Of a stretch of 19,942 nucleotides of DNA, positions 1 through 11,735 are shown in pieces. Numbering within the stretch: the stretch's first letter is position 1; each line of letters starts with the position of its first letter. The DNA comes from Adineta steineri (Eukaryota), in contig CAJNOI010000070.1 of NCBI GenBank assembly GCA_905250115.1, positions 137,856-157,797 on the forward strand, in the 5' to 3' direction. A program made the translations under genes and the position numbers. The notes beneath the pieces are model-generated. The model saw only the letters and a program-made list of their open reading frames with translations, made no database searches and had not been told where the DNA came from.

Positions 1-1
1 T

Positions 2-307
2 GATTGTCCTGTACATTTAAGTTGTTCTTGGGTATTTCCAGATTTATTCCCATCAGAATGGAATGATACTAACTGTATTCATAAGATGCCTAAAACAATT
101 GATTTCGTTGGAGAAACTGAACCTGGACAACAGGTTTCAATGAAATATTTCAATATTAATCAACCATTTGGTAAAATTCCGGAAAAATATTCATACACAA
201 CTATAATTATCATTGCACTTGGAGTTATCGTTGGAGGATGGTTAATTATACGTAAATACTGTTGTAATTGTGCTCATACTCGAAAAGTTGATGCTAAACA
301 ATCTTAA
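2..307 (+). CDS. C-terminal part of a putative single-pass membrane protein (5'-partial, runs off the left edge)
   Basis: The frame of ORF 86..307 stays open back to base 2 (DCPVHLSCSWVFPDLFPSEWNDTNCIHKMPKTIDFVGETEPGQQ...). It has a hydrophobic stretch (YTTIIIIALGVIVGGWLII), then a short basic/Cys-containing tail (RKYCCNCAHTRK) and a TAA stop. Confidence 0.6.
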   Translation, partial: DCPVHLSCSWVFPDLFPSEWNDTNCIHKMPKTIDFVGETEPGQQVSMKYFNINQPFGKIPEKYSYTTIIIIALGVIVGGWLIIRKYCCNCAHTRKVDAKQS

Positions 308-1832
308 AACGAAACTATTGGATGGAATATATATTATTGAAAAACATTATTATATTCTCTATGCTCGTCATGCCTAGAATAAACAGCCGACCTATAAACT
401 TTTCGACCGATTCACATATATATGTACATTTATATGCTGCGTAATTGCATGTCAGTCATTATAGTTAATCTGCTATTTTTTTTATTTATTTCTATTTAAT
501 TAGCGTAGTTAAAATCTTTAATAACCATTAAGAAAAAAATATTCTTTTATCCTTTTTAATTTCGTACATACTTATTTTGATATTTAATAGATATAATCGT
601 TGAAATCATTGTTTTAAGGAGGGAGACAACATATATTACAAGAAAACATGGGTATCATTATAGTGGTATATGCAATTGTGTCTTTTATATAGAAACTTTT
701 TGTGGTGACTACAATCTTCTTTATAAATATTATAAATACATGATATCTTCGCGTTAAATTCTATATCTCTAGTAATGACGATTTGTTTCTTATGAACTTT
801 AACATATAGACTGATGATGAATATAAATCCTTTTGTACGAATTTTACGATTAATTTCCATAAGAGCCAACAAGTAATTATGAATTACTTCATCGTATTCA
901 GTTTAATATGCTAGAACAAAAGAATAGATAACTAGAAATAAATATCGTCATTTAAATTTATTTTTCAAATTCTTCTACGTTGAATCAGAGACAAAATATC
1001 CAATTCTAGTAGTACAATACTTGAAAGTACATCTATGATATCAATTTTATATGAAATAAAAGAGAGTAATGAGTTTTACAATGTACATCATTTGATCATT
1101 ATTAATAGTTATCTAATTTATATGCTAGCTCTTTTTCAGAAAAGAAGATATAACGATTTATGCTTCTTATATTCTTTTTGATATTATTTCTCAAACAAAA
1201 AAAGCTGAAGATGTAGTTTATTCACTCATTATCAAATCGAGTTTACGATATGCTTTCTTTGATCTACAACGAGAAAAACTTTATCTAATATAATAAAATA
1301 CAATTTATTATTATTCCTTTTGGGATAAGATAACGTTGTTGAAAATATATAGACATATTCTTCTAGTTTATTCAACGTGTTGCAGCACGACAACAACTAA
1401 CGTACTCTTTATATTTATTTATTCAGTACATTTTTCTATTAATAGTTTATTTACGTGACTAATCCATATGCTCCTTTGCTTTAATTCAAGGATTACACAT
1501 TAAAAAGAAAATAAAAATCTATTTTTCCTTCTCAACTAATAGATTATGGGACTCATTGGGATATATATCTGAGTAATATTAAATCTGATTTCTTTATATC
1601 CTCTAACTCTAAAAAATACAGAAGAGGCGTAAATTTATTGTTAGAATTTTGTTACATAAGATAACAATAATATTCTTCTCTTTTTGTTGATGACTGTCAT
1701 AAGCATTATCTGAGTAAATCTGACAACTAATATATTTGATGAAAATAATGTTTTATATTACATAGAAAACTGAAATAAACAAAACAAGAACATTACAATA
1801 TCTATCTATGTTTAGATTTTTTAAAAAGCTAA

Positions 1833-2771
1833 TCATACAGGTCTAACGTCATTATTACGTACTGTTGTCCAACGATGTATTTTTTTCCAGATCCATTGAC
1901 GAAATTCAGGCAGTAATCCAAGACATAGCCAAGGTAACAAAAGATATATAACATAGACAAGATCAAGTGCATAATTAAATTGAAAATCAGCTAAAAAACT
2001 TGGAGAACTCAATTGTTGAACGAGTCCAATGAGAAGACAAGGTAACCATGCAATTAAATAGAGAGTCGAAATACTAAATAGTTGCAATGTCATTCGTCTT
2101 TGTTTTTTCCAAGTGATCACCCGTTGTCGACGACGTTTCTGTCGTACAACTCGTATTATAAGTGTTGCATTAGCTAGAAGAATAATTACGACTGGTAGAC
2201 CATTATTCACGGCTAAATCATATGTACTCAATACTTTGCTATATATAAGATAACAATTAGCATAGCCACATACTTTTGAAGTAAAATCCCATTGAGTACC
2301 ATCACATGGATATAAGACGATTATACTCAAATAAAATACAATTGGATAAATAAGACAAAATAAAAAAGGTAAATAATAAAATACAATACGTTTAAAACGT
2401 ATTTGTAAAACTTGTGTATAAAATATAAGCATATGACGTTGAATAGAAATTGTTGTCATGAGTAGTTCATTAATTAAATTAAGAGTATACTCAAAAAATG
2501 TCCACCATGTACAATAAGCTGCTGTTGCTGGAATAACACGACCAATAGAATAGAAATGTGTAAGTGATGGTAAATCAACTGTTGCGAAGAGAAAATTGAC
2601 AATTAGTAAAAATATTATAGATTGATTTTGAGGAGTATTCAAAAGAGCGCGATGTGTAACAAAAAAAGTAAAAACAACAAGAGTAATTAATATTGATAAA
2701 GTTTGTAATATAAGTAGAATGAAAAATTTAACACGGTAAAGAATGATTGTACCTTCGTCCAAAGTATCCAT
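1833..2771 (-). CDS. Rhodopsin-like (class A-like) G-protein coupled receptor, 312 aa, single exon
   Basis: Intact ORF with seven hydrophobic segments. There is a Cys at the start of TM3 (AAYCTWW), Cys residues in extracellular loop 2 (PCDGTQWDFTSKVCGYANC), a basic third intracellular loop (RQKRRRQRVITWKKQRRM), and TM6 with a WLPC motif (LYLIAWLPCLLIG). Confidence 0.87.
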   Translation of the reverse strand: MDTLDEGTIILYRVKFFILLILQTLSILITLVVFTFFVTHRALLNTPQNQSIIFLLIVNFLFATVDLPSLTHFYSIGRVIPATAAYCTWWTFFEYTLNLINELLMTTISIQRHMLIFYTQVLQIRFKRIVFYYLPFLFCLIYPIVFYLSIIVLYPCDGTQWDFTSKVCGYANCYLIYSKVLSTYDLAVNNGLPVVIILLANATLIIRVVRQKRRRQRVITWKKQRRMTLQLFSISTLYLIAWLPCLLIGLVQQLSSPSFLADFQFNYALDLVYVIYLLLPWLCLGLLPEFRQWIWKKIHRWTTVRNNDVRPV

Positions 2772-4550
2772 TACACTTGTATTCGCGTTTTAATGCGATG
2801 GTAAAATAAATTAGGATAATGAAAATATTTATTGATTGTTCTGTTTTACAAAAAAATCATATACTATGGCTGTAGCGTTTTGTCACGTTAGTGTTGCACG
2901 AGTATCATTTCATTAAAGAAATGATAAAGTCTGTTGCAAATATTTAAATCTTTACAAGAAAAAGTCATATGACATCAACTGACTTAATCTTGTTGTTATC
3001 CGTAAAGTTTTTAAAATATACTCTTTACTGTTTCTTTTTTTTTTCTCTAAAAGATGTATAAAAAAACATTTTTCTTTTCATTATTCTTCATAGCTTATGA
3101 CAGATTAAAAATGCATTTTATTTATTCATGAAATGAAGTGTCAAAGAATTATAAAAATTTTTTTATGATTAACCCTTTAATTATCGATGGTACTTATAAG
3201 TGCCATAAGTTATATTATTATCTAAAAATTCTTATTGTCTAATATTGATTTGTACAAATATGTATTATGAGCGATAAACTAAATAGTTCTTCTACATAAT
3301 AAAGATCATGAAGTATTTATGTGTTGTCAGTAAACAATGGATTAACCCTTTAATCTGCTAGTTTTGAATGGAACAGTGCGGAAGGTAGTACAAAAGAACA
3401 GAAAGAAAAAAATGGAACATATATATCTCGTTCCTGTGAAAGGTTTAATTATCATTACATAATATTATCTAAAAACCAATAACATATTCATTTAGAAAAC
3501 CGATGAAACAACTATTATGAATAAAATTTGATATATTATTCAATAGTTAATATATAAAATTTTTTGATTCACGATCGTTTCATTTTCTTGAAAGTGTAGA
3601 TGCGAATTAGAGGCCGAGATATAGAAATCTTTTATTTTTCTGGTCTATACTATTGTAACTTGTTCTGAAAGTAATCTTTTGAAAGATTCGCTATCGAAAG
3701 CTCTTCAAAAGCGGTATAAAAAGATTCTACTACAAATAAACAAAACTTTCTCAACATGTTTATGATGCGAGGACAAAACAATACCGTATAAGTCGTTAAT
3801 ATTAAATACAGGGAAACTGTCAGAACAAATCAATAGAAATTTATGCAAGTCTAGTTATATCCAAAATAAGCAGTGTCGCAAAAATTTTGGTACTCCTGAT
3901 ATTAGTTTTCACGTATGAAAATCTTCTTGAGGAAATAATTCATAAAAGAATAGTAAATGATAATGAATTAGAAAAGAGAACAGGATTACAAAAAAGTGCA
4001 GAATGTTGCGAAAGATAGGATAGCAAGCAAATAAACAAACAAATAAATAACGAAAGGTAGAAAAGGGTATATTTATTTATTTATTGAGTTATTACATAAG
4101 AGATGATTCATACTTAGCTATTAATTATTTTGCATTATCTACGACAAAAATAGTGAAGGACGATCATCTTGTTCTTTCTTTTATTATAAAAATCATCTTA
4201 TATAAATATGTCATTATAAAAACTAAAAATTCAAGATTCGTCACATGTATTTTGAAGAGCCTAGGCGTAAAGAATTCAAAGCATCGGTAAGAGAGATGAC
4301 CATAATTAAAAAAATGATTAAATAAGATACCATTTCGTATTACTCATCTGAATATACAAAGATGATTCATAACGTGATGACAAAATGAAATATATTTCCA
4401 AAATATCATCAGTACACTCATCCAACTAATATTAATTAAATGACTTATTTATTGATTTATAATACAGAAAAATATTCACAATATAAATGTAGTACATGAT
4501 AAAATAGAAGTTTTCTTGTATAAAAAATATATCGTTTGTGTTATTTAGAT

Positions 4551-4760
4551 TTATATAGGACTGCCAACTTGAATCCATAAATCATACACAAATTGCTGCT
4601 GTTGTTGTTCATATTCATTTTGTATTTTTGAATTCTTTGTCGTACTAATTTGCATTGATGAAGTAGCATTAATTTCGCATATACCATCAGCACTACATCT
4701 TATTGTTTCTGAATTTAAACTACCATTGTTTTCTTGATTTGGAGGACTTGAATTCGGCAT
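4551..4760 (-). CDS. Possible exon of an unannotated minus-strand gene (polar, Q-rich)
   Basis: Translation MPNSSPPNQENNGSLNSETIRCSADGICEINATSSMQISTTKNSKIQNEYEQQQQQFVYDLWIQVGSPI has a coding-like composition with AT-ending codons, unlike the F/I/K/Y-rich noise ORFs nearby. It has no recognised domain. Confidence 0.22.
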   Translation of the reverse strand: MPNSSPPNQENNGSLNSETIRCSADGICEINATSSMQISTTKNSKIQNEYEQQQQQFVYDLWIQVGSPI

Positions 4761-5800
4761 TTCGGTGAATGATGCGATGTATGACCGTAAGGTACTATCA
4801 GAAACATGAATAGATGGCTAAGCATTAATAAAAATTCTAACAAATGTATCATACCTACTTTATTTTGATTAACTGAAATAATTAAAGCGTTCTTTTTTTG
4901 TAACTTCAATCTTTGAGTTTTAATATCTTACTATATCTCCAAAGATATATATATATACTCTTATCTATAATATATACGTAATAATAAGTACGGTCGAAGT
5001 CCAATCAGGTGACTTTATTTTCGTATGATAAATATTGAATAAAAAGAGACACGCTAAAGCGTCATACCAAAAGTAGGAAGTGAAAAAGAGAAAAGAAAAT
5101 GATTCTGTTTCTGGTTTTTTCCTTATCACTAAAAGAATTGCTGTGTGAGTCAGCATCTATTTTTATTGCTTTCATATTCTTTACTCGGTTTATTTTCTAT
5201 TGCGCGTATAATATTATATCATTTTATTCAGCTGATTATATAACTGTTGCAATATAATGACTCATAGAGAATGATGATGCTCGTATATTTCTTATATAAT
5301 ATACTCCATTTTCCTTCTATAGAATAAAACTGCGCCCGAATAATCTATTGAAAAACTCTGTATAATACCACATATGATTATACAGATCGATTGTCATTTG
5401 CCTATATCAAAGATAAAGTCGAATACGCCCATTTTATTATTTACATTAACAGTTTTATAGGTTTGGAAAAATTGCTATGAGTAATATAAACTAAACATTA
5501 ACGAAGATCCACTAATTATAAATTATTTATTAAATTTAACTTACGTCCTTCACACATTTTGTATGTTGGTATATTCCAAGATATACCTTAATATGCAGGG
5601 AAAATACCTGATGAATCACATATATGGAAAAACCCAGAGAGAATACTAGAAAGAAAAGAAAAAGAATGAATACATATGTAAATAATATGTATGACACATT
5701 GTTTGTACGATATATGATGTTACGATCAATATAACATGATAATAGTGACTGTCAACCAAATGCTAATTGTATTTAAGGCTTTTTGATCATAGATAAAAGC

Positions 5801-5873
5801 GAGGGTGTGGGTGTGGGTGTGAACGCAGAAGTGAATAGAAAGAATAGACACCCACCTACATTCACATCCCTTA
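5801..5873. repeat. Telomere-like inverted module 1
   Basis: GAGGGTGTGGGTGTGGGTGTGAA...CACCCACCTACATTCACATCCCTTAAG; the reverse complement of the right arm is CTTAAGGGATGTGAATGTAGGTGGGTG. Confidence 0.7.
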
Positions 5874-6558
5874 AGACGTTGAATATCTTTAAAAAACTAC
5901 TCTAAAGCCATTATAGAATCAATGAATTCTGGTGCATTCAAAAATAGAGATTATGGGCCAATCTAACTATATAGAAATACCTAATTGGTATTTTTGTCGA
6001 AAGTTGCTATTTTTCAAGGGATAGAGATCCTTAATAAATCATTCTTAGGTTTATTCCATTGTATATTGTTCATAATAATGTTTCAAACATAATAATACAG
6101 ATTATTTGTATAATTGTTAATTACCTGTACAAATTATTTTTTATACTCTATTATTAATTCTCAATATGTATATAATGTGATGGTATCCTTTCATTAGATA
6201 AAATCGTCAGTTTGTAACTGTTTTTCTTCATAGTATGCATATGAATGAATAATTTCAAATATAATTCTTGAATCGATTAAATAACAAAAAAAACTGTCGA
6301 GTATTAATAAATCAGAGTAAGAGAGTATATCGATAGCTGTTATATTCAGATTATATAATCCACATGAACTCAAGACAACAAAAGATTATTGAATTTATCT
6401 GAGTTAAGTAACTCTGTATTTTAATGTTACCATCTGCTCGCATTCTCACATAGAAAAGCGAATTATTTAGAACAAAGACTTTTTTTTCACTCTAACAATA
6501 TTTTACGTCTTAATATAACTTACGAAAAAGTATTAAACATGAAGTGCAATATATTATC

Positions 6559-6795
6559 ATGTATTTTATTCACTGTATAGTCTTATTGCCGATTATGACA
6601 ACAAAAATGATAATGGTTAATGCTCAACAATCTAATAGTACCCGTGTTACTTGTACATGAGAATGTTTAAACTGATCTGAATACAGCAAACCATCAGAGA
6701 TAATGGCTAATTGTGATTCCTGCAAAGCTACTGTTTGTCGAAAAATGGGAGGCAGTTGTACAAGTGGTACTATAATTAAAGTTATTTGCACTTAA
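6559..6795 (+). CDS. Putative small secreted Cys-rich peptide, two exons (about 6559-6643 and 6698-6795), 60 aa
   Basis: Exon 1 encodes MYFIHCIVLLPIMTTKMIMVNAQQSNST, a signal-peptide-like leader with a VNA|QQ cleavage-like site. A GT...AG intron of 54 nt (6644..6697) matches the intron sizes of the neighbouring gene. Exon 2 encodes IMANCDSCKATVCRKMGGSCTSGTIIKVICT followed by TAA. Other splice choices remain possible. Confidence 0.4.
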
Positions 6796-7245
6796 AATTT
6801 TCGAAGTTTAGTTTTTCCATCTTATAAAACAATTCATTTTGAAATATAAAAAAACATGCAGAGATAAAACTACTCAAAACAACTGTCAATTATCATGGTT
6901 CGATTTCTTGATTTATCTATTGTAATGTACTCTATCGCATTGATTTCGACATGTAACTTAAAAATTATATTTTTTGTCAAAGGGATAATTAGAAAAAAAA
7001 ATTTTAGAGTGTATATACTTGCGCATTGAAGAAACAATTGAGAAACTCGACTCTTTCTTCGATACAAATAGATCATTTCGTTTATTCCCAGTATCAGTTT
7101 AATATATGAACAATATTTAAAACATGAAATCTTACATATAAACAAAGTCTAATTACATAGAATTATATTAATATTGATAAAATTCAAAAATATTAATATA
7201 TTCAAAGACATTATATGGATCTGTTTGAAGTTGTTTGAACACAAT

Positions 7246-7318
7246 GCACCCGTCCAGCCTAATAATGAGGATCCGACACTTTCAACGACAAAGTCTGGGT
7301 TCGAATTCCGGTATGAAT
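7246..7318 (+). pseudogene. Degenerate tRNA-Glu(TTC)-like sequence / tRNA-derived fragment
   Basis: Contains GAGGATCC...CTTTCAA (anticodon-loop-like with TTC at 7281-7283) ...GTCTGGGTTCGAATTCCGGTATGA, resembling the tRNA-Glu anticodon loop, B box and 3' acceptor half, followed by a T8 run. The 5' acceptor and anticodon stems do not pair well. Confidence 0.4.
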
Positions 7319-8053
7319 AGTTTTTTTTTATAGTTTAAATTGATTGCTATTGTTTATCATAGAAAAAAAATTTTCATCATCCTCTTTTCTTCATAAGAGA
7401 ACGTGATAAAAAAATACTTCTCAACAATGAATCATTATATCATTATTTTCTTTTCATTGTATTATTAGTCATTGTTTAACGTACGTGAAGTTATCTGATG
7501 ACTCTAGTATTTCCACATGACATTTGTCTGGATTTGTGTGTTAAATAGTACTCAATGAGTCCCATTCAATGATATAATTAAATTCTCTACAGTCACGACT
7601 ATACTTGGAAAAAATCCAGAAAACTGATTCTTTCCTATATATCATCAAACATCATCAAAGTAATTCTACCGACGATTCATCCTCAAAGAGTGATGAGTCT
7701 GAAATACTTTGGATAAAATAGACGTACGCATGTACACTCACTCACTATGACGTTGTTTGTTTTGTCCGTATGACTCATTCTTATTTGAATTATTACCCTT
7801 ATTTTATACTTTATGCGATTCTTTGATCAAATTCCATTTCGTTTTTATTATCTTTTTCTTTCGTATTCTTCCTTTCTCTCTACTAGGCGGCGTGTATGTA
7901 AGTATATGTTTTGCACGAAATTAATGCCATTCTTGATAAGAAGAAAAAAATAATAAAGTGTAATAGCATCAAAACAAGCACCTCTTCTATCGAAAATCGT
8001 TATATCCACACTCTGATTACCGTTTAAAGTAAGTTTAAATATTCATTCACACA

Positions 8054-8074
8054 AATATATATATATATATATAT
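8054..8074. repeat. (AT)n microsatellite
   Basis: Uninterrupted AT dinucleotide run. Confidence 0.9.
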
Positions 8075-8593
8075 TAACTATCCATTATATATTTTTTCGA
8101 CACTAATGTTTTCTTGATAGTTCTCAAAAATGTATTGAAATGATTGTATAATTGTAATAGTATTCCTTCCTTGTTCCTACTACCTACTTGCTGTAATTGA
8201 TATAAAAGACAGGTATTCATCGTGATTGAAAATTGACCGTCAATACTACGATAATAGGGACAGTGGCGCCAAGAATATTTCTGAATTACGTCAGCATACT
8301 GAAAAATCTCTTTATCACTCATTGACTTTCTACATAATTAAAAGGAAAGGTTAAGCACGCAACATCATATATAGAATATTTTCGGCTAATACCAAAAGGT
8401 CCTAGGCAGGATTCTTGTTGTCGGACGTTTTTGTTATGCCCTGCGACTTATTCTCTTTCGTTCTGCTTTATATATTCTTATCTTCTATTGTTATTCTTTC
8501 TATCTATAGGATTTTTCCTTTCTATTCTTCTTATGTAGGTATTTTCCCTCTCTTGTCATCTTCTCTATTGAGAGATTAGTTCTCTCTCTTTGT

Positions 8594-8658
8594 TAGGGTG
8601 TGAGTGCGACTGCGGGTAGGTATAGAATCTAACTCTCACCCACACCCACACCCTCAAG
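8594..8658. repeat. Telomere-like inverted module 2
   Basis: AGGGTGTGAGTGCGACTGCGGGTAGGTATAGAATCTAACTCTCACCCACACCCACACCCTCAAG; GT-rich left arm and CA-rich right arm. Confidence 0.75.
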
Positions 8659-10024
8659 ATGGTTTTCCCTACAGAATCATCATTTTAGTTTAATCAAAGA
8701 GTTTAGCATGAAATCCTTTTTTAACTGTACTCCTACTTCCACGAGATACAATACTTTGGATTTGTTTTAACCATCTTATTTTTATCTGTCTCAAAGATCT
8801 CTTTTCATGCTTTTACCCTCCTCATCACTTTATTTACCATCATACATCTCATCGCCACAAAAATAAGAAAATATTCAGTATGTATAAGTTCTAGTAGAAG
8901 TTAACAGAAATTTTTATTTTATTAAGACAAAAAAACCTCACATAAAAATGTTGCCCATCAGATTTTGCTTTGAAATAAGAAGATAGGTGACTATGTATAT
9001 ACAGAATAGATAATAACAACAATGACAAGCAAAAATATTTGAGAATAATAATATCATATGAGAGTAATATCATATGATGAGTGCTGTGTTTTGATTTATA
9101 ATCATCAGTCTCACTCTAAAATGGTTTTCTTCTCTTTATCTATTGCAGCTATTCAATAGCCTTTCACAAGTTATCAGTTAAAGATAAGTTTTATTAGATA
9201 AAAATACTAACAGTTCTCTTTTATTATATTATTCAAAAGTGAGATAAGAGTATTTTCTGGTACGAATAAGTATTGATTGTCGTTTACCATTTCTATTAAA
9301 ATTATTCTACACAGTAAGTTTCATTATTCACATTTACACTCCTATATTCTAACTTTTATTTTAATCATAACTTTGACTAATTTATAAAAGAACAGATTGT
9401 TCACTAGTTAATATTCGCTAAACTGTACAATTTCTCCAGAAATAACTCAATTATCTTGACATTCAAACATGAAATAATTAAGGGCATATGAGTTTATGTT
9501 GTGTTTTCCTAAGAATACTATTTACAGAGAATTCCTCCTGCTAACGAAAACCTAAAAATACTATAACTAATAGAATTAGAAGTGGATTTTGAATATATTT
9601 CAATTTCTTTACTTTAGTTTTGACTAAAGCAATAAAGATAATCAGTTTTCTTGCGCATGAACATACAATAAATCGACAGAGATAAGATTTTGCACGTAAA
9701 CTTAAGTTAATGAAATATCAATGCATGATACTTGCGTACACGACTCTCATTGCGCAAAACGATTTTTTTAAAAGCTTGTCAGCGTAGTTCCTTTGTAGTT
9801 AAAATGTGGAACTCACATATTCACTAATATTACGAAAAAGTAAGGGAGAGATAGCTGAATATTAAGGGTATTGATGAAAAATTAAAAAGATTTGGCTTTT
9901 TTCTTGTGAGTGATGGGGAAGGGGAAGCCACAACACTTACACTCATGTTTTTTTATGTGAGTGCCATAGAAATGACTTCACGCGTAGGAGTAGTACGCCC
10001 AAACATTGTAAAATACCATATTCT

Positions 10025-11735
10025 ATGAAGTCTTACATATTTGTAGAAGATTTATTATCAAAAATGGAGACTAAATATTCTCCTACACCAGCCAATGATG
10101 GTATCAATATAAAAGATTTGGAAATACTAGATATGATGATTGATAATCAACAACATCAAGTAGTATATCAAAAATTAGAACAAAATTATCCATTAGTGCA
10201 ACAGTAAATATTTATCATTGATTTATTTTTATAATATTCTTTTTTTTCTGTTATATTATATTAATAGGCCTTGGCAAAAACGAATAATTCATTCAAAACA
10301 AATTCGAAATATGAGTATTATCATATTATTGATTTGTTTTATCAGTGTTGGTATTATTGGATATATTCATTATAATACATCAAATACAAATAAAATATTT
10401 ATCGAAGAAAATCAAGGTAAATTATCAATTCATTTTCAAATATTTTCATTAATCTTATATTTATTTTAATTATAATCCAATTATTCTCTTTCTCGTAGAG
10501 AAGAGTCCAGTAAGAATAAATTGTTTGTCTGTCCGCAGGGTCAAAAAAACACTGAAAATCGATTTTTAGAAAAAGATATTTCTAGAGGTATTTCGATGTG
10601 CGAATTTCGAATCTGATGTTAGTGTATGCAAGTTATATAAGAAAAATGTGCGGTAGCATTGTAGAACACCATTTCTTCGAGAGAGAGCTACGCGAGTTTT
10701 TAGACGAGCGTTACTTGATAATTAAGACAAAAAATAGGTTCATCTATTGATATCTAATCAGATTTAGAAATAAAAATTATTTATAAACGATATTTTTATT
10801 TTTAATTAAATATAATAATAAAATTTATATATTAAGATACTTATGATGAAGATGGAAGTGACGAACAAATTCCTCAATTAAGATCAGATTCAAATCATCT
10901 TGTAAATATTTTTTATTTAGTAAATAAAATATTTTGTTTTTTTCTAAAATTTGATAAAATAGGATTCTGATTCTTCTGAAACTGTTGGTCAAATGTATAT
11001 TTATTTTCGTCAATCATCTCATTCATTTGAAAAACTTTCTATTCCTGTTGCAAGATACAATCGTGAAAATTTTCGTAAAAAAACAAATTTGTTTTTCTAA
11101 TAAAATATTATTTTATTTTATTTTTCAGCTTTAAAAGGTCAATTTATTAATTTAATACCAGAGTTATCAATATTTGTTGATCCATATACTAAACAAACAA
11201 TTATTGATTCAAAAAAAGATTCAAGTTAATATTTATATTAATATTTATGTATTTATTTTATTTTATTTAGGTTTAGTTTATGTATTACCATCATTAGTTG
11301 ATAAACATAGAAAATATTTTTCAGTTGCAGAATTAATTAAAGCAGATTATGTTAGTTTATCAAGTAATGGTATGCAACCACAATCAAATATTGATATGTC
11401 AGCATTATTTCAATCAAATTCTTGTTTGTTTTATTTTGATTTTATTTCATTTTAATTATTTATTTATTTATTTTATAGTACGAGGTTCAAATATTCCAAA
11501 AACAAATTCTCGTACAGGTGGTTTTATGGATGGTTTTCATACTAATTATGAATTATTATCAATACCAGAATATGATGAAACTTCAGTTGATATTAATGAA
11601 ATATCTGAATCAGAAGAAAAAAATCAATATAATACAGAAGATAAAAATGAAAATGAAGAATATAATAATAATGATAATGAAGATCATTTAAATCAATATG
11701 AAAGTGATGAAGAATCAAAACCATTTAGACGTTAA
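10025..11735 (+). CDS. Type II single-pass membrane protein of unknown function, 7 exons, 336 aa
   Basis: Exons by GT...AG and phase: 10025-10203, 10268-10416, 10837-10901, 10963-11074, 11129-11224, 11271-11423, 11479-11735. They sum to 1011 nt with no internal stop. The product has a cytosolic-like N-terminus, a TM segment (NMSIIILLICFISVGIIGYIHY), a luminal region (ETVGQMYIYFRQSSHSFEKLSIPVARYNRENFPLKGQFINLIPELSIFVDPYTKQ...GLVYVLPSLVDKHRKYFSVAELIKADYVSLSS, with the first G replaced by S after splicing), and an acidic Asn/Glu-rich C-terminus ending ESDEESKPFRR. Confidence 0.75.
10417..10836 (+). other. Oversized 420-nt intron with a probable insertion (about 10499-10755)
   Basis: Phase 1 exon end (CAA G|gtaa) joins phase-matched AT ACT TAT GAT GAA at 10837. 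The other five introns are 46-64 nt. The middle segment is less AT-rich than the flanking intron sequence. Confidence 0.5.

Noticed and set aside
9911-9970. Candidate seventh telomere-like module (GTGATGGGGAAGGGG...CACTTACACTCATG...ATGTGAGTGCC)
   Set aside because: It lacks TGTGGG units and the CTTRAGGG end; only a weak CACTCAT/ATGTGAGTG pairing is present.
10825-11013. Minus-strand ORF of 62 aa
   Set aside because: Antisense to two phase-consistent exons of the plus-strand membrane protein gene.
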